A stretch of DNA of 64,000 nt. Origin: an uncultured Acidobacteriota bacterium (GTDB lineage Bacteria; Acidobacteriota; Thermoanaerobaculia; Gp7-AA8). Every line of letters starts with the position of its first letter. The stretch's first letter is position 1. The notes beneath the pieces are model-generated. The model was not told where the DNA came from and did no database searches. It worked only from the letters and a program-made list of their open reading frames with translations. Positions 39,671-51,518 of this stretch are shown one piece after another. The stretch covers positions 256,001 through 320,000 of the forward strand of contig CAWGHO010000002.1 of assembly GCA_963822445.1 (NCBI GenBank). The letters run 5' to 3'. The position numbers and the translations under genes were made by a program.

Positions 39671-39750
39671 GTTTCTTTCGACGAGTATCCACCAAAGCGC
39701 CGCGAATTCGCGCCTATAGCTCGTGAAGGGTCTACCTCCCGGGAGGATTC

Positions 39751-42700
39751 ATGACACTGCGCGGAATTCGGACCGTCGGATTTCTGGTGGCTACGCTGCT
39801 TCTCTGTCCAACGGAGACATCGGCGGCCACGTTCACCGTCAACTCCATCAGCGATGCCTCCGACGCGACGCCCGGCGACGGCCTTTGCGACATCGGCGGC
39901 AGCATCTGCACGCTTCGCGCAGCCATCGAGGAAGCGAACGCGAATGCCGGCGCAGACACGATCCACTTCAGCATCGGCACCGGAGCACAGACCCTCGCCC
40001 CGGCCACCGGCTATCCGGCGATCATCGAGGCCGTCACCATCGACGGGACCACGCAGCCCGGATACAGCGGCACCGCACTGATCGAGATCGACGGCTTCGG
40101 CGCCGGCCTGGTCCACGGCATCCACCTCGGCAACGGTTCTGCCGGCTCGACGATCAGAGGACTACTGGTCAACCGCTTCGGCAACGTCGGCATCGTCGTC
40201 AGCAACAACAGCATCGTCGAAGACTGCATCGTCGGAACGGACGCGACGAAGACGCAGAACCGCGGCAACGGCGACGACGGCATCAGCATCCACGGCGTTG
40301 ACGGCGCGACCATCCGCAACAACGTGGTCGCCTTCAACGGCAGCAACGGCGTGGCCGTGTACGACCTGGAGAACAGCGCCTATCCGGACTTCACCGCGCT
40401 TACTCCCGACCAGACCGCGATCTTTCCCTCGATCGATTTCACCGACAGCTGCGGCAGCTTTCAGCACGCCGCCGGATCGATCATCGTCGACACCGCCGGC
40501 CGCTCGTTCAACGACCTCTTCGGGATGAGCCTCACGGCGACGATGAACATTCCCACGAGCGGAACCTACAACTTCGATTTCCCTCAGCTCGACGACAACG
40601 CCCGTCTGCTCATCGATGCCGTTGAACAGCTGAACGTCACCGGGCCCGCCGGCGGCGACGTGAACGTGATCCTCTCGGCCGGGCCTCATTCCATCGACGT
40701 CGACTTCCGCGAAGGCGGTGGCGCGGCGAATCTGGTGCTCGAGATCAGCGGCCCCGGGACGCCGACCTTCACCTTCGGCGCCTCTCCCGGTTTTCAGGGC
40801 GAGCTGTTCCAGCTGTCGATCAACTCGACGAACAACACCATCACCGAGAACTCGATCTTCGACAACGCCGGCCTCGGCATCGCCCTCGCCTGCTGCTGTT
40901 CCGACAGCAACGACGCCGGCGACATCGACATCGGCCCGAACGGACTCCTCAACTTTCCGGTGATCACCAACCACTTCTCGAACCTCAACGGCACGATCAC
41001 CATCCAGGGTACGGCGCCGGTCGGCAGCGTCGTAGAAGTGTTCGGCAGTACGAACGACGGGAGCGGCCGCGGCGAGGGCAAGCTTTATCTCGCGACCAGC
41101 GCCATCGTGCCGGGCGACGGTTCGTTCATCGCCACCTTCACTCTTCCCCAGCCGTACTACTCCGTCACGACCACGGCCACCGATGCCGCGGGGAACACTT
41201 CCGAGTTTTCGCTGAACACGCCCGTGCGTCCGCGGCTGATCACGGTGACGAGCAGCGCCGACAGCGGACTGGGCTCGCTCCGCGCCGCGATCGGCGACGC
41301 GAACAGCGACGGCACGGACTCGCTGATCACCTTCGACAACTCCCTGATCGGCGTGGTCATCCAACTGGTCAGCGGTCTGCCGGCGCTGACGGAGAACGAG
41401 ACCACGATCAACGGAGACCTGAACAGCGACTGCCGCCCGGACATCGAGATCAACGGCGGCGGTGCGGCGTCGGTGCTCACCATCAACTCCCAGCTCAACG
41501 TGATTCGCGGCCTGGCCATCCACGGCGCCGGTACGCAGGCCATCCTCATCAACAGCGCAAGCGCCCAGAACAACACCCTCACTTGCAACTACCTCGGCAC
41601 GAACCGCGCGGGCACGTTCGCGCCGGGAGGCGGATCGTTCGGCGCGGCCATCCAGGGCGGAGCGACCAACAACGTGATCGAGAGCAATCTGATCACCGGC
41701 TTCGACGCGGAAGCGGTGCGCATCGACGGCGCAACGCTCAACATCGTCCGCGCGAACACGATCGGTCTCGATGCGAACGGAAACGTCCTCGATCCGCCCA
41801 CCCGCGGCATTCAGCTCATCAACGCCAATCAGAACATCATCGGCGAGCCTGGCCTGGGCAATCGCGTGGTCGCGATCACGGGGTGCATCGACGTAGCCGG
41901 CGGCACGAACAACACCTTCCGCGCGAACACCATCGGCTGGCCGGAAAGCACGGTCACGCCGACCGGCTACGGCATCAGCCTGCACAGCAGTGCGAACGGC
42001 TGCACGGTCGGCGGGACCTCCCCCGGAGAGGGAAACCACATCGAAAACAACGGCGGCACCGGCGTTCTCCTCGGCTGGGCCGACGGCGACAACATTTCCA
42101 TTCGCGGAAACTTCATCGCCAACAACGGCGGCCTGGGCATCGATCTCGACGGCAACGGCGTGACGCCCAACGACGGCGCGGCGGATGCCGATACGGGCGC
42201 GAACGAAAATCTCAACTTCGCCGTTCTCACTCGCGCGACGACGGACGGCTCCACCACAGTCGTAGAAGGGCTGCTCGATACGTCCGCGGGAGGTCTGCAG
42301 ATCGATTTCTACGCGAGCGACGACCGCGACCCATCGGGCTATGGCGAAGGGGCGACGTTCCTCCAGTCGCAAGGCCTCGCCGCGGGATCGTTCAGCTTCA
42401 CCCTGCCGCCTCTCCCCGTCGGAACGTGGATCACCGCGACCACAAACTCCGGCGGAAACACTTCGGAGTTTTCGCTGGCCATCGCCGTGAGCGGTCCCCC
42501 ACTCGGACCGACGGAGCTCGTTGCGTATCCGGTGCACCCGAATGCCATCGCCCTGCGTTGGCGCGATCCGCAATCGAGCGAGACGGCGTTCCGCATCGAG
42601 CGTTCGACGAACGGCGTGAACTTCTCGCAGGTCACCAACGTCGGCCCGGACACGACGACCTACACCGACACGACCGTCGGACCGCAGCAGACGTTCATCT

Positions 42701-45700
42701 ATCGCGTCATCGCCACTTCGCTTTCCGGCGATTCACCGCCGTCGAATCTCGCCACGGCCACGTCGTACAGCACGGCGCCGCTGAGCGTGTGCCGCGTCAG
42801 CATCAGCGGCCAGCAGCAGTTCGCGGGGCAGGCCAGCGCGGTGCACAATGGGTCGGAGTGGGCGGTGGCCTGGTCGGATAAGAAAAACGGGCGCGACGGT
42901 GACATCTACTTCCAGCGCCTTGCCAACGCCGATGGCGCGCCGATCGGCTCTCCGATCCAGATCTCGAATGACGATTTGCCGTCGATCGTTCCGACGCTGG
43001 CCTGGAACGGTTCGCAGTACGGAGTGCTTTGGTTCGATCATCTCCGCCAGCCGGATGGGCAACAGCGATCGGCGTTCTCGTTCGCGGTGCTGGACGGCAT
43101 CGGAACCAAAGTCCGCGGCGACATCCGGATCCGCAGCGCGAACCCCGGAACGCTGAATCCCGACGGACAGATGCCGCTGATCTGGGACGGCGGCGGATGG
43201 GGCATTTTCCTGCTCGAGACCATGGCCAGCAGCCAGCAGGTCGTCTACTACCGCCTCGGAGCGAACGGCGACGTCCTCGTCAACGGCGTGACCCCGCTGA
43301 ACACGCCGGCCTCGAAGTCGCTCGTTTCCGCGGCCTGGAACGGGACGGAGTACGCGTCGGTCTACGTCGTCGCCGGCAACGGCCTGCGCCTGGTGCGCAT
43401 GCAGCCGAACGGAACGGCGATCGGCTCGTTCGTCACCGTCGGTTCGGTCGCGGGCGCAATCACCACGAGCACGAACGTCATCTGGGACGGCACGGCCTGG
43501 GCGGTGGTCTGGAGCGATCGTCTCCAGTCCGGCGATCGCGTCATCTCCATGCGCCGCGTCAGCGCAACCGGCACGCCGCTCGGCGCCGGACCGGTCCGGA
43601 TCAGCGACAACGGCGCGGTGAGCGATGAATACCCGCGGATTCTCAACAAGTCCGGCGGCGGATTCCTGATCTACACGCACAGCACCGTCAATGGCGTCGC
43701 GGAAGTTGGATTGCTGCAGGCCGATGCGAATGGCGACCGTGTGGGCAGCAGAGTGATCGTCAGTCCCAACGACGGCTTCGCGTCGAGCTTCCCGCGTGTG
43801 GCGTCGAATGGAACGAATGCGCTCGCGGCGTGGGAGGAATCCAGCGTCAATCCGTCCGAGGTCTCCGCGGCGGTCGTGGATAACGCCGGAGCTCCCGGTC
43901 CGATTCAGAACCTCACGCCGAGCCGCACGCCACCTTCGTCCTCGACCTTCCCGGTCGTCGTCCCCATCACGCCGAACGGCTTCGTGACCGTCTGGAACGA
44001 GCAGTTCGCGCCGGGCAACTCGCTGCACGCGCGCGTCAACCGCGGCAACGGCACATTCGTCGATCGCAAGCCGCTGACGCCCGGCAAGCCCGCGGCGCGT
44101 CCGGCGGTGGTCAGCCGGGGCTCGAGCTTCGCCGTCGCCTGGACGAATGCGGACACGAACGCGCTGCGCTTCCAGAATTTCGATGCCGAGGGAATCGGCA
44201 TCGCACCGGCGTACGACGTGGCGAATTCGATCGACGTCACGCGCGGCGTGGGACTGGCCACGGACGGCACGATCTGGGGCGCGGCGTGGATCGCGGGCGG
44301 TCAGCTGCAGTTCCAGCGCGTTGGCCAGAACGCCACCATCGGCGCGCCGGTGACCATCTCCGGCATGCCCGGTCCCTCCGATCCGCGCATCCAGTGGGTC
44401 GGCTCAGGATGGGCGGTGCTTTGGAGCGCGAGCGGAAACCTCTGGTACGCGCAACTCGATCCGGCCGGCGCGCTGATCGTGCCGCCGACGCGCGTCACCG
44501 ATTCGTTCAACAACCCCAGCGAGCTCGACCTCCTCTGGACCGGCCAGCACCTCGGCATCGCCTACGCCGAAACCACGAGCCTCTTCTTCACCACCATCGG
44601 TCTGAACGGCATCAAGAACTTCACGCCGGTGAATGTCGCGATCGCTGAAGGATTCGGCGCGCTTTACTTCGATGGCGACGACTTCCATGTCGTGTATCCC
44701 TCGACCGGCGGCGGCATTCGCGACGCCGCGATCTCGACGGCAGGCGTGCTCGATCCGGTGACGACGTTCCATGGCAATCATGGCGAAGGGCGGATTCACG
44801 CCGCGTACAACGGCGCGACCGTGGCGATGGCCTGGGAACATCAGCGCGCGTTGCTCCTGCAGACCACGGCCTGCCAGAACGACGTCACCCGGCCCAACTG
44901 CATCACGCTCAACGGCACGTTCAGCGGCGGCGCGGTGCAACTCAACTGGCCCGCGGCCAGCGATCCGCAGAGCGGCCTCCTCGCTTATCACCTCTACCGC
45001 GACGGCTCGCTGCTCGCGGAGCTGCTGCCGTCGACCCTCATCTACACCGACGGCGGATTCACGCCCGGTTTCGCGCACGCGTACGAGCTGCGCCCGTTCA
45101 ACGGCGCGTATCTCGAGTCGAACGCGTGCACGGTCAAGACAGTCATCGCCGGGATCAGCGTGAATCCGGCGACGCTCCCGAATACGAACGTCGGATCGAA
45201 CTACAACCAGACCTTCACCGCCACCCAGGGAACCGCTCCGTACACCTTCGCGGTCACGGGCGGCGCGCTTCCGGCCGGCCTCAATCTCAACGGCACGAGC
45301 GGCGCGCTGACCGGCTCCCCGACGACCGGCGGCATGTACAACTTCACCATCACCGCCACGGACTCCGTCGCGCAGATCGGCTCGCGCGCGTATTCGTTGC
45401 GCGTCTGTTCGGGTCTCACGATTTTCCCGACGGTGCTCATCGACGGGTATCTCGATCGCGAATACAGCCAGACCATCACCACCACCGGTGCGAGCGGCGC
45501 GGTGACGCTGTCGATCACGACCGGAACGCTTCCCGGCGGATTGACCATGGATGCCGCGGGCTGGATCCACGGCACGCCCACGACGACGGGCACGTTCGCC
45601 TTCACGATCACCGCGACCGACACCCTCGGCTGCACCGCCACGCGCAACTACAGCATCGTCATTCAGACCGGGCAGGCCGCGCGCAGCCTCTCCGCGTTCG

Positions 45701-48700
45701 CGCTCGGCACGTCGAGCATTCGCCTCCGCTGGATCGACCCGCAACGCAACGAGACCGGGTTCCGCCTCGAACGCTCGCCCGACTTCGGCGCGACCTGGGC
45801 GCCCATCGGCATCGTCGGTCCGAACACCGTGACGTCCACCGATTCCTCGCTCAGCGCCGGGACGACGTACTCCTATCGCGTCGTCGCGATTACGCCTTCG
45901 GGCGACACGTCGCCGTCGAACATCGCCACGGCCAGCACGTTCCCCGCGACCGCCGCGAAAACCTGTCTGCAACCGGTCTCGCCGTATCACGCAACGGCGC
46001 GGAATCCATCGGTCGCATGGACCGGCACGCAATGGGCGATGGTCTGGGGCGAGCGCACCGGCGGACGCGAGGACGACCTCTTCTTCACCTTCCTCGACGC
46101 ATCCGGCGCGATGACCGGAACGCCGGTACAGATCACCAGCGCGGAGATGGGCTCCTCCCGCCCGGCGCTGCGCTGGAACGGCTCGAAATTCGGCGTGACG
46201 TGGATCGAGCTTCATCGCGGTCCGGCCGGCGAAGCGGTCAACGAATATCGATTCGCCCTGCTCAGCGCGACCGGCACCGTCATGCGCACCGACGTCATGA
46301 TTCCGCGCCCCGCACCGGTCGAATTCTCATCGCAAAGCATCGACCCACAGCTCTTCTGGGATGGAACGGCCTGGTCGTTCTTCGAGTCGCATTTCACCAG
46401 CGACGGCCTGCTGGACCTCTTCTTCTACCGCTTCGATGAGGACGGCGACCTGCTCCTCGGGCCGACCCGCCTGACGACGCACGCTCATTTCGACACGGCC
46501 GTTTCCGTCGCCTGGAACGGCACCGAGTACGCGATGGTCTGGACGCGGTTTATCGACAACGTCGGCTCGATCGAGCTCCAGCGCGTCAGCACCACCGGCG
46601 CGCTCGTCGGATCGCAGGTGACCCTCGTCTCGCCCAGCACAGACGCCATCAGCAATCCAGACATCACCGCAACGACAGGTGGCTGGGCAGTGGTGTGGCG
46701 CCTGACCGACAACACCGGAACCGCGATCCTGCTGCAGCGTCTTGCCGGAAACGGATCGCTCATCGGATCGCCGTCGCGCGTCAACGACGACTTCGATCTG
46801 AACGGTTTCACGCTCGCTGATCAGCGCCCGTCCAACGACCAGTTTCCGGATCTGTACTCGCTCGCCGACGGCTCCTTCGTCGTCCTCACCACCGCGCAGT
46901 TGAACGCGACCGGCCGGCAGGAAGTGGCCATGCTCCGCGCCGATTCGAGCGGCGCGCGCGTCGGATCGCGGATCATCCTCAGCACGCAGGACAACTTCAA
47001 CTCGAACGTGGCCCGCGCGGCGACGAACGGCACGAACTTCCTCCTCGCCTTCAACGAAAGCCGCCTCGGCACATCGGAAATCGCCACGCTGATCACCACG
47101 CCCACCGGTACGCTCGTCGCGGGACCGACCGATCTCACCGCGGGTCACAGCGCGGGATTCGTCGTGAACACATCCGTCGCGCCGGTTGGCAACGGCTTCG
47201 CGGCGCTCTTCGTCGAGCCGCTGAACCCGAACACGAACCAGGTCTTCGCGCGCATCTTCGATGGAACCGGCGCGCTGAGCGCGAGCAAGTCACCGCTCTC
47301 GACCCGTCCGACGCGCGGCCGCGCGGCGATCGTGGGAGTCGGCTCGACGTTCGCCACGGCCTGGAAGGACAACACCAACGCCGTCGTCTTCGGACGCTGG
47401 GATTCGGCAGGCAACGCGCTGATCACAGAAGTGAATGTCGTCACGAATGCGGGCGGCCCGGCGAACGTGAACGTCGGCTTCGATGGCGAGAATTACGGCG
47501 TGCTCTGGAATCAGAACGGCCGCCTCAATTTCCAGCGCGTATCCCCAACCGGCGCACTGCTGGGCACGCGATCGACTCTTGCGCCTCTGCTCGATGGCGC
47601 ACCGCAACAGATGGTCTGGACAGCGCTTGGGTGGGCCATCGCCTTCATCAGCAGCGACGACATCTACTACACGCTGCTCGACGCGACCGGCGCGACGATC
47701 GTCGCGCCGATGCGCATCAGCTTCACACCCACGTTCGACAAGATCGGCCTGGCCCTGGCCTGGAACGGAGACGTCCTGGGCATCGCCTGGACGAACTACC
47801 CGATCGTCGATCCGCCCGCCTGGTCGTGCAGTTCACGGTGCTCGATCTCGCGGGGATCAAGCAGTTCAACGAAACGGTCGTTGCGGCCGAGGGGCGGTTC
47901 GACAACAACCTGCAGGGTATTTATTGGGATGCCGATCGCTTCAAAGTGCTCTTCAGCCCCGGCGAGGGCGGCACGCTGCGCTCCGTCGATGTGAGCACCA
48001 TCGGCGCGGTCATGGGACCGAGCCGCATGCTCTCAAACCGCGGCTTCGGCGCGTCCGTCGCCTTCAACGGAACGACAGCGGGCATGATCTGGCTGCAGAC
48101 CGGCGATCAGTACTTCCAGACCACGGCCTGTCTCGATGACGTCACGCCGCCGAGCTGCCCCACGTTTACGGCTGTTCGCAATCCCAACGACATCACGCTG
48201 ACTTGGACGCCCGCAGCCGATGCGCAATCAGGCATCTACCGCTACGTGATCTACCGCGACGGCCTGATCCTCGGCGAAGCCCCGAGCACCTTCACCAGCT
48301 ACACCGACGCCTCGGCGCGGACGAACGACTCGTTCACGTACAGCGTCGTCGCGCAGAACGCCGCGTTCCTGCTGTCGAACAGCTGCACGACGCAGACACT
48401 CATCGGCACGCCGATCAATCTCGTGGCCACGGCGACATCGAGCACGCAGGTGCAGGTGACCTGGTCCGCGGTCGGCGGCGCGAGCAGCTACACCATCGAG
48501 CGGAGCTCCGACGGTACGACGTTCGCGCCGGTCGGAACTTCGGGCACGACTTCGTACAGCGACACGGTCATCGCGGGGAACAGCTATCTGTACCGCGCGC
48601 GGGCCATCGTCGGCCTCGCGACCTCAGACCCCAGCAATCGCGATCTGGCCACAGCCATCGTCTTCACCGACGACCCGCTCGTCGCCGGCGTGACGGTCGT

Positions 48701-48947
48701 CAAAGCCGTTCATCTGACGCAGATGCGCACCGCGGTGAATGCCGTCCGAGCCCTGGCCGGCCTGACGCCCGCCACATGGACCAGCGGCAACGTCATCGTC
48801 GCCATTCACATGAATGAGCTGCGCACTGCGCTTTCGAGCGCATTGACAACGCTCGGCTTCGCCGCGCCCACGTTCACCGACACGATCGCGCCCGGAGTGA
48901 CCGTGCGCGCGATTCACATGCAGGAGGTTCGGAATGGAGTGAAGTGA
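39751..48947 (+). CDS. Giant (~3,060 aa) secreted protein: CSLREA, beta-helix with PA14-like insert, FN3, Ig (He_PIG) and duplicated propeller-like modules. One frameshift near 47818
   Basis: GGAGG RBS and signal peptide. [18 protein letters not shown], LRWxDPQxxETxFRxERS and GxLPxGLxL motifs, plus many WNGxxYxxxW repeats. The frame continues as LVVQFTV in the 47631..48947 ORF. Confidence 0.85.
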
Positions 48948-48954
48948 GGCGCGC

Positions 48955-49512
48955 CTACCAGCGAAAGTGCCCCGTCAACTCATACGCGAACAGCACATCC
49001 TCGATCTGCGCACCGCCGCCGATGTTGTGCACCACCAGATGACGATCGCCGCGCCGCACGTCGGAGACCAGTCCGATGTGCGGCACGCCCGAGGCCAGTC
49101 GCCAGGTCACGATGTCCCCCGGTTTGTAATCCGCGGCGCGCCGCGTCACCGGCAGCGCGCGGCCCTTTCGTTTGAAAAAGGTCGCCAGGTTCGGAACGCG
49201 GCGGTGATCGATGTTCGTATCGGGCCGCCGCAGCCCCCACGTCTTCGGATACACCGCGAAGTTTCGTTTCATGTCCTCGTGCACGAGCACCTGCAGGTCG
49301 ATCCCCGCGTGGCGGAACGAGCGGATGATCACGTCGGTGCACACGCCCGTGTGCAGGGGCACGTCGCCGTTCGGGTATCCGATGCGGCGGTAGGCCGGGT
49401 CGTAGCCGCGCGTGACGCCCACCTGGCGCTTCGCCCCCTCGATCATCTTCGCGATCGAGGGTTGCGCTTCAACGCTCAGCGCGACTAGAAGAACGACGGC
49501 GATTCTCTTCAC
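48955..49512 (-). CDS. DUF1287 (YijF-like) protein
   Basis: YDPAY...YPNGDVP...GVCTDV...DTNIDHRRVPNL...HIG...HNIG motifs. Confidence 0.9.
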   Translation of the reverse strand: MKRIAVVLLVALSVEAQPSIAKMIEGAKRQVGVTRGYDPAYRRIGYPNGDVPLHTGVCTDVIIRSFRHAGIDLQVLVHEDMKRNFAVYPKTWGLRRPDTNIDHRRVPNLATFFKRKGRALPVTRRAADYKPGDIVTWRLASGVPHIGLVSDVRRGDRHLVVHNIGGGAQIEDVLFAYELTGHFRW

Positions 49513-49527
49513 GACTACACTCTAACC
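49513..49527. promoter_or_regulatory. 15-bp bidirectional promoter with overlapping -10 boxes
   Basis: Plus strand TACACT-N6-ATG; minus strand TAGAGT-N6-GTG. Confidence 0.7.
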
Positions 49528-49950
49528 ATGACCGCGCCTGTGATCATCCGCTCCCGCGCGCCCTTCCGCTCCGAGGTGGAGGCCGGGCCGCACCGCTGGG
49601 TCCTCGACGAGCCGCAGGAAGCCGGCGGCACGAACGAAGGACCCACTCCATACGACATGCTCGCCGCAGCGCTGGGCGGCTGCACGGTCATGACCCTGCA
49701 CTTCTACGCGCGCCGCGAAAAGATCCCGCTCGAGGAAGTCGTCGCCCGCGTTTCCCACGATCGCCAGCACGTCAAGGACTGCGCGGATTGCTCGTCGACC
49801 TCTGGCTTCATTCATCGCTTCAAGGTGGAGCTCGAGCTCTCCGGACCGCTCGATGAAGCCCAGCGCCAGCAGCTCCTGAAAATCGCCGGGCGCTGCCCCG
49901 TCGCCAAGACGCTGCAGGCCGAGATCAAAATCGAAGAGGTACTCGTTTGA
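49528..49950 (+). CDS. OsmC family protein
   Basis: DEPQEAGG...GPTPYDMLAAALGGC...RCPVAKTL. Confidence 0.92.
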   Translation: MTAPVIIRSRAPFRSEVEAGPHRWVLDEPQEAGGTNEGPTPYDMLAAALGGCTVMTLHFYARREKIPLEEVVARVSHDRQHVKDCADCSSTSGFIHRFKVELELSGPLDEAQRQQLLKIAGRCPVAKTLQAEIKIEEVLV

Positions 49951-50558
49951 GCGCACTCGATCACCTGTTCGCGAAGAACCGGGCCTGGTCCGAAGAGATC
50001 ACCCGGCAGGATCCTGAGTTCTTCACGCGGCTCGCGACGCAACAGAATCCCGGCTACCTCTGGATCGGCTGTTCGGACAGCCGCGTGCCGGCGAATCAGA
50101 TCGTCGGCCTCGCACCTGGCGAGATGTTCGTCCATCGCAACGTGGCGAACGTCGTCGTACACACGGATTTGAATTGTCTTTCGGCGATTCAATTCGCCGT
50201 CGATGTTCTCCGCGTCGGCCACATCATCGTCTGCGGCCACTACGGCTGCGGCGGCGTGCTCGCCGCGTTACGCGACGACAAGCTGGGGCTGGTCGACAAC
50301 TGGCTGCGCCACGTTCAGGACGTGCGCCGCGCCGACCAGGCCCAGATCGACGCGCTGCCGTCCGAGGCGGAACAGCATCGGCGGTTGTGCGAGCTGAACG
50401 TCATGCAACAGGTGATCAACGTCAGCCAGACCACGGTCGTCCGCGATGCCTGGTCGCGCGGCCAGAGCCTGACCGTTCACGGCTGGGTGTATGACATTCG
50501 CGACGGACTGCTGCGGGATCTCAGCATTTCCACGCACATGCCCGGTGTGTCGGGATAG
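49947..50558 (+). CDS. can: Beta-class carbonic anhydrase
   Basis: WIGCSDSRVP, FVHRNVAN and CGHYGCGG motifs. Confidence 0.95.
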   Translation: MSALDHLFAKNRAWSEEITRQDPEFFTRLATQQNPGYLWIGCSDSRVPANQIVGLAPGEMFVHRNVANVVVHTDLNCLSAIQFAVDVLRVGHIIVCGHYGCGGVLAALRDDKLGLVDNWLRHVQDVRRADQAQIDALPSEAEQHRRLCELNVMQQVINVSQTTVVRDAWSRGQSLTVHGWVYDIRDGLLRDLSISTHMPGVSG

Positions 50559-51518
50559 CTACTTCCCGATCACTTCCCGGAAAAACGCGGTGACGTCCTC
50601 GTTGATCTTCGTGTTCGTGCCATGGCCGATGTCCACATAGGTCGCGAACCTCGCATTCGCGCCGGACCGGCCGTAGATCATCTGCCCCTTCGTCCAGCGG
50701 TCGGGCTGCATCGTTTCGCCGAGGACTTTGAAGATGAGCTGCCGTTCGGACTCCTCGTAGCCGTCGTCGAATTTCACCGCGTCGTTGTCGTCTTTCGCGC
50801 CCATGTAGTAGAGCTGCGGCACCTGTCGCCAGGCCTTCTCGTTGAAGCCGCGTCCCGTGAGCTGGCGCAGGTCCGCGGTGCCGACGGGATACGGCAGCGT
50901 CTCGCCGTCGAGGCTGGCCAGCGGCAGCATCACCAGCGCGTTCAGACCGCCGCCGGCGACGGCCTTCACGCTTTCGGGATGGAGCATGGTGAAGCGATTC
51001 GAAAACGAGCCCGACGCGGAGAAGCCGCTCATAAGGAACTTCTCGTGCGTCGGGATGCCGTTCGCGCGCAGACGCGCACGCGCGTGGCGAACCATGGCCA
51101 GTAACTGCAGATCGACGCGGCGCAGAGGACCGTCCTCGATCAGCATCGTGTCGCGGTCGAACAGATGCGTGTAGATCTTCCAGTCCGTTTCCGGCCGCGG
51201 AAACACAGGCATCAGCAGCGGCACGTCGAGTCTCTTGGCGACGTACGCGCCGACGCCCGTCCCGGAGAGTTTCTTCGCCCCTTCGAGATGCACGTTGAGG
51301 TCGTCGGAAATTCTGCCGGTGTTGTTCGGCTCGACGAGGAGATAGGTTCTGTCCTTCACCGGTGCAGCCGGCATGCGAAGGACGTACGGAAAGTTGAAGC
51401 CGTCGGCCGGCGACGCGGCCACGACGTCGATCGCGCCGGGTGTGAGCGTAACGGGAACGGCAGGCGTGTGAGTGCACGCTGCAGCCAGAAGAAGGAAAGC
51501 AATGGTCAGGTTTTTCAT
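50559..51518 (-). CDS. Lipoprotein, alpha/beta-hydrolase-like esterase
   Basis: LAAAC lipobox, GFSASG nucleophile elbow and C-terminal GH. Confidence 0.7.
   Translation of the reverse strand: MKNLTIAFLLLAAACTHTPAVPVTLTPGAIDVVAASPADGFNFPYVLRMPAAPVKDRTYLLVEPNNTGRISDDLNVHLEGAKKLSGTGVGAYVAKRLDVPLLMPVFPRPETDWKIYTHLFDRDTMLIEDGPLRRVDLQLLAMVRHARARLRANGIPTHEKFLMSGFSASGSFSNRFTMLHPESVKAVAGGGLNALVMLPLASLDGETLPYPVGTADLRQLTGRGFNEKAWRQVPQLYYMGAKDDNDAVKFDDGYEESERQLIFKVLGETMQPDRWTKGQMIYGRSGANARFATYVDIGHGTNTKINEDVTAFFREVIGK

Noticed and set aside
40162-46215. Long antisense ORFs (803, 431 and 603 aa) opposite the giant gene, and similar ones opposite thrS and the kinases
   Set aside because: They are shadow ORFs expected from high-GC codon bias, with no recognisable motifs.
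47810-47830. Programmed frameshift or phase variation in the giant gene
   Set aside because: No slippery heptamer, homopolymer or simple repeat tract is present. A single missing base, by error or mutation, is simpler.
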